A DNA stretch of 63,384 nucleotides, the filler included, from Lenisia limosa (lineage: Eukaryota; Protista; Breviatea): assembly GCA_001655205.1 (NCBI GenBank). It is 11 parts of 11 records of this genome, joined end to end, with 100 filler letters (N's around TTAATTAATTAA, not from the genome) between each part and the next. Parts side by side here need not be neighbours in the genome. Positions count along the whole stretch, not along the records: positions 18,133 to 32,085 come from LPNZ01002946.1; positions 32,186 to 38,433 come from LPNZ01000464.1; 9 more parts are not named here. One strand, written 5' to 3'. Within the stretch, counting starts at the first letter, position 1; the number at the start of each line of letters is the position of its first letter. A program made the position numbers and the translations under genes. Under the pieces are notes generated by a model that searched no databases, was not told the DNA's origin, and worked only from the letters and a program-made list of their open reading frames with translations. This document shows, piece by piece, positions 24,048 through 34,764 of the stretch.

Positions 24048-27003
24048 TCAACATAAGACTAACATAATAAGAAAGGGGAGAAAGAAACATGAAACAGTGA
24101 CGCTAGAGCTTTGATTGGATATCGAGACTTGACTTGAGCTTTCCAAGCCTTTGGCCAATATTGCTGCAATTATCAGAAATATGACACTGTGGTAATACTC
24201 TAAGCCAAGTTTACAAGTATCCACTCGAATAAATGACAATAATTCTCAGGATGAGCTCTCGTGCTATTCTCATTAATAATCGACTGGTTGTGACTTATTG
24301 CGGCTCAATTGCGGCTGTTACACTGATATATTCAACGTAACATTTTATGAATCCACTGCTTAATCAGTATGTACACTGACAGCAACAAGTCCTGACACGG
24401 ATATTGAGCTTTATCTTTTGTCAATCGTGTCAGGACTTATCGTAGTCACTGTATGAAGCAGATAACCCGCCACTAACAATGCGATCCAATACGCGATGTA
24501 AACCCCGGTTAGCAACAGACGGAACGTCACAACCAGCTGGGCCCTTGTCATAAACTCCTTTTTTGACGTTTTATGCCGCGAGACAAGGCAGCCAAAACAC
24601 GACCCAATGGGGGCTAAATTATCAACAACTGCTTGAAAGAAGATTAAACCATAGGCTAAAATATAAGTATTATCTGGCCAAAGCTGTCCACACCATCACG
24701 TTAAGAAGGTGATAGAGTTGACTTTTTTCGCGGTACCATAGAGCGGCATAATCAAGTAGCATATTACAATATGTAAGATAGCACAGTACTTACCAATGAA
24801 AATACAAGCAAGAAGACGGAGTTCTGATATCCTTGATTGTTGCTGAATTGCGAGACTCTTGTCGTTGCAAATAACCAGGAACCCTGCCAAGTTCATCGTC
24901 ATCATCGCCATCTGAGACTTAAGTTGGCTTCCCTATCGAGGATGTATCTGGCCGAANNNNNNNNNNGCCCCTGCATAATAACCCAGTAGGACCTCCTACT
25001 CCTAAATCTGTCTTATGCCACAGAACAGGAGGTGCCAGTGAGTCAGAATTGCAGACATCAAAGGCTTTAGAAAAAAATATTATCGTAAATATTGATAACG
25101 TCCTCAAAGGAGAACAGATTATAAGTGGCTCAATAGCAGGACTAGGTCTCAGGTGGAGAGTTCCCCTAGTCTATGAGGTCGGTGAGGTTGCTTAGGAGAA
25201 GCGGCCCCAGTTTTGTTCGATGGGGTGTCATAAATTCAAACTTGAATTTGAAGATGAACGATATCGTTAATTTCTTGAGGAATGCAAGATTATATCCATT
25301 ATTATCGATGCCTCAGATGAGACAAGCAGCGTTGCCCGTTCAAGACACCATTTACAATATATGTATATGTTTCGGAATAGTGGAATGGAAATGTGGATAA
25401 TCTATACATACTATTTTATACTTTGTACATTGTCAGTGGCTAGTCTTGACCGAGCGATTTTCTTTCAGGGGAAAAATTCCCAAAATCAGTCAAGGCTTAC
25501 TGACCACTTTTCCATAAGTAACACTAGAGTGGCTATGAATTAACATCTGGTCATAGAGATTTTTAGTGATCAGATTTGACCAATTTGACGCTGAAAAACT
25601 CATATGATAAAGACCCTTAACTTATGCAGAGCAATCTACAATGATATGTGTGTGGTGAATTGAAGAAAAGTACTCCGTGTCCTGAGCTGAATAACTCTAA
25701 ATACTGCATGGTAAATAGGAGATACCCGCCAACAGTCCCCCCTTGGCCACCCTTTCGTTAACACCCACCTTTGTTAACGCTCCAATGTGGCTGAAAAGGA
25801 ACCAGTCAACAGCTATGGACGCCAAAAGCATGATGACGTAAGGATTGAAGAGAAAGGAGCCTTCTTTTGAAGGCTCCGGCCTCTTGTGGATTGTAAACAC
25901 CATCTGGTCTATGTAAAATTAGACTTCCTAAGAAACAATAATATAAACATGATATCATTGTAAACAGGAATTTAACCAAGACTTAATGAATTTGCAATTG
26001 ATAGATTGATTGTGATACAAGTCCCAGGGTAAAGTTAAAAAGTGGATACTCTCAATGCTACTTGTTACTTGATCATTTAATAAAATAAAATCAAGGTAGG
26101 GATGGACAAGAAGAGCACTACCAAAAACCATACCAAGGAATTCAGGCAAAGATTGAAGGAATTGGTCAAGTTACTTGATAAATTCGATTACTCCATTACT
26201 TCTTTTATATTTTTATTTACAATACACTTAAAACACAAAAAAAAGAAAAAGGTGAATACCGCGACCGGAAAAAGCCAAAACACAAAAGCACAAAGCAAAT
26301 CGTTCAGTTTATGCCGTATTTAAATTGAAAATTTATATTAATTTGATATTCAATCAGTAAATACCTCATCAGCCCAGTATATATTTCGTGAAATGCCAGC
26401 TCACCTTTCATTGAAGGCTATGACCGGCCCCCTCACCGGCAGAGGCTACACTTTCCAAATGGGATGTAGGATTAAGCCACAAAACACTGACATTCTTTAG
26501 CAAGTTGCAAAATTGGCCGTTCAAGGTCCATGGGCTGCGACATCGTCATCCCTGGCACTGCAACGCATATGGTATGGGGTAATTAAGGATTTAAGCGGAA
26601 TGAGACTGATATCAGCTCCAAGAAGCAGCAACAGCTGGACGTGTGGTGCGTGTTGGCTAATGCCCCGTCGGAGGTTTTTATTGTGGATGATATGGGTGGC
26701 AGTGTGATTGGGGGAGTGTAGAGCAGCTAAATGAAAGGTAATAAAGAGACGGCTGTGAAGCTTCTGGACTGCTATTGTATTGGGCTTATCGGACCCGGAA
26801 AAATGCTAACGGACCAATAAGAGCCCGCATATTAGGCAGCATCACACAAAGCGTGATTTGAGGCAGCGCTGAAGGGCAATAAACAAGGGTTGATGATGGG
26901 GTGGAGATTGAGATTGGTTGCTGTCCGTGTTAAGTGCGATGATGTTTTGACACTCCTTCTGCTCGGATATCCGATGTCTTTACCACTTGATGGGTTACCT
27001 AAG
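24048..27003 (-). CDS. Multi-exon gene with hydrophobic segments, unidentified
   Basis: Minus-strand donors (GTAAGT near 24790, GTGAGC near 26400) and open segments such as AVVDNLAPLGRVLAALSRG, PYVIMLLASIAVDWFLFSHIG and YYHSVIFLIIAAILAKG. The exon chain was not fully resolved. Confidence 0.35.
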
Positions 27004-27379
27004 AGAGAGAAAACAATAATAATAATGCAAACTCATTTGCACAAAAAAATAAATCAAAAAACAAATGAACGTATATGAGATGCATATATAGTAAAATCCA
27101 ACTCTCACTTTGTACACTTTTTTCAACAGTCTCTGCTGCTCTACCTCACCCTCATGCGTTAAATGTTTGCTGAAAACCTCTCAAACTAGAACCCCCCTTT
27201 TTGGTTTTTTTTATATAGATTTTCCATTTTTACTCCCCCCCCCCCNNNNNNNNNNNNNNNNNNNNNNNNNNNNNNNNNNNNNNNNNNNNNNNNNNNNNNN
27301 NNNNNNNNNNNNNNNNNNNNNNNNNNNNNNNNNNNNNNNNNNNNNNNNNNNNNNNNNTTTCACCCTTCCTCCCCTATAG

Positions 27380-27580
27380 GATGGAGACAACTCGGTATCC
27401 AAGGAGCACACACTCCTGACCTCACGAGTGAACTTCAACGGCTGGTATCTGTCCACACTGTCAACGTCGAACTATTCAGTGGTCAAAAACGTCCAAGGAC
27501 AAATCACGTCATTTTACAGGGGCCAGGAGTGTCTCCTAACCGACGGGTGCATTGTACGATGGGCTGCTGGAGAACAATAA
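27380..27580 (+). CDS. Terminal exon resembling the C-terminal half of an FHA domain
   Basis: After a polypyrimidine-TAG acceptor: DGDNSVSKEHTLL..GWYLSTLSTSNYSVV..LTDGCIVRW*, loosely matching the FHA pattern SxxH..WyLxDxxSxN..LxxGDxI. Upstream exons were not identified. Confidence 0.4.
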   Translation, partial: DGDNSVSKEHTLLTSRVNFNGWYLSTLSTSNYSVVKNVQGQITSFYRGQECLLTDGCIVRWAAGEQ

Positions 27581-28027
27581 CTTTTCCATTTACCCCAAAT
27601 TAAATTGGGGGACGGGAAAACCAAAAGGACTTTTATAAGTGCTCTCAGCTAGCCCGTTACACCCCCAGATTCTTGTCGGTATGAAGTCCCAGTTTTTGGT
27701 CTCCATCAGTGAACCGGCAATTGTAGGCTGGGCCCCCATGTGTATATTTACAGTAAGGCTATTTCTTGGTCTCACTACGTACCCAGAATTTGGTTTTTTT
27801 GAGAATAAGAAAATATACTTGTATCCAGAAATATAAATAATAGACAAGAGGCATCATAACACAAACAGCAACTGTGAACGCAAAGAGGTCGGTAAAAAGC
27901 TTAGAGCTTGATTAACACGATTCGTATTCATTTCTTAGGACTCCATTATCGTAAAAGAATATTCCTATATATATGATAGAGCTCCACTTTAACACCCCCA
28001 CTAACTTCTCAGAACTCTGGTACCCCC

Positions 28028-30285
28028 ATGGCCCAACAACAAACCTACTACCAGCCTGCCCAGCAACAGAACTACCAACCACCTCAAGGCTCCTTCGCAG
28101 GCGAAATTGACGACATCTTTAACGACCCTCTCCTGGACTCACTGGCTACTGGTGGCAATGATATGGTGATGCCGAACAACCAAGGCGACCGTAGGGGGCG
28201 GGAGGCTTTGTTAGCGATCATTAGTCCTGTAAACTAAAAAGAAGAGATGAGAAACCAAGGAAAATACATACAGTGACTGGGATAAGTCTTGACCGATTTT
28301 ACTTGGGAAGTCACATAGCAGATCGGTCAAGACTTATCCCGGTCACTGTATGTGAGTCCCAATTTTTCTAAGGGTAATTTCCTCAGATTGCAAAACTATT
28401 TTCTTCACATGTCTCCTTCTACTTTCTTTCTTATATCGCCTTTTAGTGTGGACAGCTTGGTTAGATTTTTCAACCATTCAATCTGACTCTAACTTCCCTT
28501 GAAAAACACCGGGCATTGTTGGCATACCTTCTGACCCTTACAGTCGATGCTGCTGTTGCCCTTGTTGATGCCCTGGTAAGAACTAAGATCGGGCAATAAG
28601 GATTTTGGGGGTCACATGGAAGCTCTTTTTGTCACCTTTTAATTGCTGTTGTGTTTTTAATTTTGATATTATTGCTCCTCACTCGCTCAGCAAATGGACA
28701 CAAAGATGCCAGCAGCCCCTGCCCCCCAACCGGCTGTGGCTGAAGAGGGTGGGTGGCAATTTCATACCTCATTTGAAATCTTTCTCTTTTTTGATTAATA
28801 TCCTACCCTTTTACAATCAATTGTCTCGTTGTTATTCATCATATACAAACTGGGTTCTCTCTTTTTAGTTGTAAATTCTAAGGTACGAATAGAGCTTCAG
28901 ACTCACGCCGCTCCCTTTCATGCTTTCATTCTCCTAGTTGACCCCATGGCCCTTCTAGCTCATGCCACGATTGATGATGGAGACTTTGAGGGTATTGATG
29001 GTGGGGGGGGGGGNNNNNNNNNNNNNNNNNNNNNNNNNNNNNNNNNNNNNNNNNNNNNNNNNNNNNNNNNNNNNNNNNNNNNNNNNNNNNNNNNNNNNNN
29101 NNNNNNNNNNNNNNNNNNNNNNNNNNNNNNNNNNNNNNNNNNNGGACCTCAAGGACGTCGGAGTCACAGGCGAAGGTATGACAACAATTATCAGAATCGA
29201 CACTTCTTTAAAGCTATCCTTTTCTGAAAGTTGTGTGAAATGTGTTTTGGTTTTTTATCTTCGTTGTTGCTTATTACACTTCTCTTTTTTTATCCCTCGA
29301 ATATCATTTCGTTCCCGTCTTCTCCCCTCTAGGTATTTATATGTACATATTATGAACATTTTACCTTATATCATATGTATTATGTGTACCTCAAATATAA
29401 GATCTTCGTATGTACGTGAATCATATCATGTATGCTACGTAGGGCTTCAATTCAGCTCGAAAAAAGACTGAAATTCTCGATAAATCTTCATAAATTATTG
29501 ATATTTTACCGGTCTTTTTTTGAACCGAAGTGAAGCCCTAATGCTACACTAGCATTATATTTATCAAAACATGGGCTGTAATCTCTTTTAGACATTGGAG
29601 CAGCCACCATTTCAATGGATGAAGCTGACCAACTTGCTCAACAACTGGCTGATATGGACAATAATGGTGGGGGGGGGGCAAACTATTGGGATGATAAACC
29701 AGTTCCTGATCCCAGCTTTTCAAATAGTGTACAGTGACCAGGATAAGTCTTGGGAATTCATCTTGCAAATCGGTCAAGACTTATCCTGGTCGCTGACCGG
29801 ACAATATGTTATTCCAAGCTCAATTCAAGTTTTCATTTAGGTCCTTAAACCAATCATCTGGGGATTTGTAATGTTTAATTGAACTGTCTCTTTTGTACAC
29901 ATCAAATAGTACCCCTTTCAAACAAACCTCACACTCAGACTCGGGATACACTGTAGAAGTTTACTCACCCACGTACGAACCGTCGAATTGCATGGGAGAA
30001 GTCTCTTGTCCCCATGACGCTGAGTTCTCTAACCTCAGGGAAATCATTAGCAAGGTTTGCAGTCAAGTCTATTGAAAACTAGGATCTGGTTTGAGCCTTG
30101 TCTTGAAATATTGTTGCCAACAAGTTCTGCACTCTTAGAATGGTTGACATTTACGATATTAGGAGATTTGGGACACGGAAACGTTCGACCTTGAGGTCAA
30201 TGGGAAATTGATGCAAATGTCATCAAAGGTTTCTGAGGTCTTCTCGTCAAATAAGGGAGTCGTTGTGATACCTGAGGTGATGTAG
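28028..30285 (+). CDS. Uncharacterised protein: Q/P-rich N-terminus, acidic middle, possible ubiquitin-like C-terminal fold
   Basis: MAQQQTYYQPAQQQ..|QMDTKMPAAPAPQP|VDPMALLAHATIDDGDF|..|DSGYTVEVYSPTYE..FSNLREIISK|EIWDTETFDLEVNGKLMQMSSKVSEVF..VVIPEVM*, with canonical splice sites. Confidence 0.6.
28271..28348. mobile_element. Family B MITE (Tc1/mariner-like, TA TSD)
   Basis: TA|CAGTGACTGGGATAAGTCTTGACCGAT..ATCGGTCAAGACTTATCCCGGTCACTG|TA. Other copies: 8107-8175, 21467-21544, 24374-24451, 25433-25507, 29732-29795. Half copies at about 1545, 2172, 6836, 17318, 44495 and 44885. Confidence 0.9.
29440..29540. mobile_element. Family A MITE with 8-bp TSD
   Basis: TAGGGCTTCA..TGAAGCCCTA flanked by atgctacg/atgctaca (7/8 match). 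Other copies: 2651-2747, 19445-19544, 30987-31063, 31860-31957, 33467-33565, plus many fragments (e.g. 5815, 8972, 12550, 17230, 20100, 34665, 58547). Confidence 0.9.
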
Positions 30286-30476
30286 AGGTGATGTAGTTTA
30301 TCTATCGATTTTAGGTTTATTTTCTTTGTTCGTTTTTCTTATATTATTCATTTTTAACTTTTCTTCTCGATCTGTTTCAAGGGAAGATGTGGAGAGGCAT
30401 GTAAAATAGAAATGTTTGGGTAAATGTACAACATATTGAAGGCAAACCTAGTAGCAGTACACTAATAATAAATAAC

Positions 30477-32085
30477 TTAGGCGGAAGCGTCCTCAGGATT
30501 TTGAGTAAACCAAGCTGCCAAAAAGATGGCGATGAGGATTGCAACCATAAACGAGCTGAACACCATGGTGCTTGGCCGTCGGAGTAACTCACGGAACCTG
30601 GGGGGTAGGAGGGGGTAAATATTTAGATATTGGAACCTGGGGGAGGGGGAGTGAATAGATTCAATATATCACCCACGTCCCCTCATTAAGTGTCCAACAC
30701 ACCATTCATCAGGCTCATCTATCGTACTTCTGAACTCAGAAATTCCGGTGACACGCTTCCGGATCCTAAAACGTCATTTAGCTCATACTACTTTTATCCC
30801 CATCAAATCACCCCCCTTTATCCTTGGAATATTTCTGATTACAAGGTTACAGAACATCACTGAACTTGTTTTTCATTGGGTACAGTAAACCGCTGGATCT
30901 CTATGATCCTAGTTTCAATAGAGACTTTACTGCAAAAACATCTCAATCAGGAACTATTCTTCAAGTTGCTTGTAACTGTTCAGCAGCTTCACTTCGGTCC
31001 AAAATCGACATTTCAAGGATTAATCGAATAATTCAGTTTTTTTCAGGACCCAAGTGAAGCCCTCATTACCCCACCTTGAACTCCAGCGTTGCCTCCATTT
31101 TCCAGATTTATGCGGACTCTCAGGAACTTCTATACAATTAGCCAGGATAGGAAAATGCCCGACTTACCTAATGGGGAAGGTGCGGCGGCGGCGGCAGCCA
31201 CGGCCATCGGCTCGGTGAAAGTTGAGTGGTGTGACTCTGAGGAGTCGGGGGTGGTAGGAGAAGACGGAAGCGGCTCCTCGGTGACGTCACCAAAAGTGAC
31301 TCGTTTCGGCTCGGATAGTTCCGTAGTTTCCTTTTTAGGAAGTTCCAAAATTGGCATTGGGAGGTCCGCCTGGATTTCACGCGTTGCAAACTTCTTTCTT
31401 TTCTTTCCCTTGGTTGACTCCATGTCTTTCAGTTGCCTCTCCACCTCCTTCAAGTCTTCCTCAACCTCAACCAGTCGCCGCTCATGCTCCAAAACTATAC
31501 CATCAATTTAGAAAACTAGGATTCAAAACTACAAATTCAATCAAAAGAGAACACATTATTTTACTCTCTCCCCTCACCTTCCTCCTCGCGGCCGCGGAAG
31601 TCAGCCTCGCGCTCCGCTAGGCGATTGGTCCGATCAGCCGCCTCCTTAAGTTGCGTCTGCGCGTCTTTTTCGCGTCGTTGTACTTCGGTCTCCCTCTCAG
31701 CCACCATTGCCTCACGCTGATATTCATAAGTACATTTGCTTTAGTTAATTATGTGCCAATAGCTGCATACTAAATGTGACATACATAAATCCGAGGTAGA
31801 ATAACCCAATTAGGTAAAAATACAATAAATGCATATCACAAAATCAATTATTCTGGATTTGGGCTTCACTTCAATTCAAAAAAAGACTGCATTTCTCTAT
31901 AAATCCTCGAAAACTATCGATATTTTACCGATCTTTTTCATACCGAAGTGAAGCCTAACCCTTAATCCCACCTGGGCAACTGCTGTGGCTTGTGTGGACG
32001 CCAACGCCTCGCGCGCGGCCACGCTCTCATCACGTCCGCGTATACTGCGCTTTATTTCCTCCGATTCAGCCATTGCTTCCATTGC
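30477..32085 (-). CDS. Coiled-coil protein with a C-terminal transmembrane (tail) anchor, 5' end truncated
   Basis: Heptad-rich exons QREAMVAERETEVQRREKDAQTQLKEA and EHERRLVEVEEDLKEVERQLKDME; last exon FRELLRRPSTMVFSSFMVAILIAIFLAAWFTQNPEDASA* (TAA 30477-30479). Confidence 0.72.
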
Positions 32086-32220
32086 NNNNNNNNNNNNNNN
32101 NNNNNNNNNNNNNNNNNNNNNNNNNNNNNTTAATTAATTAANNNNNNNNNNNNNNNNNNNNNNNNNNNNNNNNNNNNNNNNNNNNTGCTTTCACACATTA
32201 TCCATTTCCCCACCCGCCAG

Positions 32221-33943
32221 ATGAGGATGGAGGACCTATCCCGACGTTCGCTCAAGGTGCTGCCTCGTCCGTTTCGGTGGGGAATTTGAAACACTAGGAT
32301 ATTCATTGTAATGGGATAAATACTGTATGAGTATCATGTTATATATATGATCCTGGGGTACTGTTAACAAATTTAGATCGAATGTGGCTTTATTGTTGCT
32401 TATTCAGGACTAAAGAGAGAAAAACGCTATGGTGGGGGGGAATGAGAGAGATGTACGAGATGTAGCCTTACCCCCACTTCTATTTGTTCCCCCACCACCC
32501 ACTATTGAACCTCCAGGATCCCACTGTATGTATGTACGTATAACTATGAAAAAACTTATTAGTGACACCCCTCCCGGATGCTGCAGAAGCGACCGGCTTT
32601 GTTTATTTGTTGTCAACCCCCGTGTGTTTTCAGCCAACAGAGTCGATTTTGGGCATTTTTGTTTCATAAATATTCCGATTACCCCCCACCCTACATAACT
32701 TCCCATCATCCTATATTTACTCTAGTGTCCCCCTCCGCGCAGCAAATACCCCTATATAACTTCGTAGTGTCGCATCTCCTCCGTCTTGGTGATGATGAAC
32801 TGCAAATCAGTGAGGACGTCAACATCGTCATTGTCAAACAGGAGGAATTGGTCCGGGGGAGAGTAGATGATTAAGGAATTCAATTGACCATTTTACAAAT
32901 TTCTATAATATTGAGTGTTTTGAAGTTCCCCCCTCCCCCCCTTACCTCATTAAATCTTCGTGTGTTGTCAGCCAACAGAGTTGATTTTCATTAATTTTCC
33001 AATTTTACCCCCTAGGCCGATCCCCCATGTGCTGAGTCCTGGACCAACCCCTGTGGCCTCAATAAGTGCACACAGGAGCCTTATATCAAATGCATCCCTA
33101 TCAACTGCTCTTCAGAATTTGTGGGGAGAGGGGAGAGGGTTGTTCTGGGAGAAAGGGGAAGGGGAAGGTGTTTAAGGGAGAATGGAAGGGTGGTGTATTA
33201 ATTGATAAACTATTTACTTGCTCCCCTATCCCACAACCCCGCATTCCACACTCCATCCCCCTGTATCAGGTGTATGCTAGGTGGGACTAAGGCCAATACA
33301 CACTGCTGGGAGACTAATACTCAATACCCACTGTTGGGAGACTAATACTTATTTCCCCTTATTTCCCTAGATCTGCGACTCGTGCCGCGAGGGCATTCAA
33401 GATGGCGTATGTGTCGAAGATGGTGGGGGGAGGGGGAAAGGGGTGTGGGCTGGGGAGCAATAATCTTGGGCTTCGCTTCGGTTCCAAAAAAAGACTGAAA
33501 TTCTCGATAAATCCTCTTAAACTATCGATATTTTACCGGTCTTTCTTTCACTGAAGTGAATTCCAAGCTGAGAGACGTAATAAATCTTGGAATTAATCTT
33601 GCTTCACCCATTATTCAATAAGAAATTATTATATCAATGTCACTATCACAATACCAATGCAATCACCTATTAATGATGCATAATCCCTCCAAATTGCCCC
33701 CATATTACCCCCGCAGGCCACGAACGCAGCACTAAAGACGACGACAGCGGCGGACTGCACGTGGAGCCCATATACGTGGCTGCGGCCGGCGGTACTGCCC
33801 TTCTCCTGGTCGGAGCTACTGCAATTGCGATGAAGAAGAAAAAGAAGAAGTCTTCGAGAAACTTCGAAATGGAGCCGTCATATGCGAGGTTGGGCCGAAT
33901 GGGGTCGGACGGAGAGGACTCCGCCCCGGGTACCCCCCCTTGA
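32221..33943 (+). CDS. Type I membrane protein with a Cys-rich juxtamembrane ectodomain, 5' end truncated
   Basis: ADPPCAESWTNPCGLNKCTQEPYIKCIPINC|ICDSCREGIQDGVCVED|..IYVAAAGGTALLLVGATAIAM-KKKKKK..SYARL..PGTPP*. The TM segment is followed by a polybasic stop-transfer. Confidence 0.75.
32585..32700 (+). repeat. Family D repeat
   Basis: agaagcgaccggctttg..caacccccgtgtgttttcagccaacagagtcgattttgggc..tttcataaatattcc..taccccc. The acceptor is about 40 nt downstream; a second copy at 32958-33015 ends at the acceptor AG. Confidence 0.85.
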
Positions 33944-34764
33944 ACAAAAGGGGAACCCCCCTTCTGACGGTAAAATTACTGTGTCTTTCACTCTCCTCTG
34001 TTTTCTTCGTGTTTTCTAGTAGTTTCCTGTTTGTTTTCTTGTTGTTTTTGCTTGTTGCCTGTTTGAGAAGACCCCTACTACCGCATGGTGGGCGGGGAGG
34101 TATATGCATGTTTAATGGTAATCCTCCGGTGCTTCAGAATATAGGGACATGAGAGACGAATACCATTAAACATGACGTATACCTGGGGGAGGGGGGGATA
34201 ATTGGCTCAAATATGTGAAGAGGAGAATTGTTTCTCGATAACAGTGGGATCCCAGCGATCTTTCACTCAACCCAAAAAAAAACAACTTTATACTAACCAC
34301 TTAAACAACGTATAATTGGGGGAATGATTGGTTTAAATAACATCTATTTGAAAGGTGATTGACGCAAATGTGACAAATCTTGAATACATCTCAACTTTAG
34401 GAATTAGGATAATCAAAAGTGCATCAAAAAGACCACTTCAAAGTAAAACCCAAAATAGAAATTCATATATGTATCTAGGTCTAGTTTCACAGATTATGGA
34501 TGTGCTTGTGTTTTTATGTTTCTCTCATATCGCAAATATCACACAAAATATGTGAATGTGGGGACTTGACAATGTTTTTCACAAAAATCATGACAAGTGT
34601 ATTTGGTTGGTAATTTCAAGGACTCATCATTGTATATTATATATTAGGTCTTCAATTTGAGGTTCCAAAATACGTGTAAACTATCAATAATTATCAAGGA
34701 TTTCTTGATAATTCAGTGTTTTATGGAACCAACAACGAAGCTCTGCTTATAATGTTAACCATAT

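Noticed and set aside
31089-31511. Long ORFs in the supplied track such as 31089-31511(+), 45437-45769(+), 20781-21209(+) and ORFs spanning N runs
   Set aside because: They are antisense or off-frame shadows of real exons, or artefacts of translating N.
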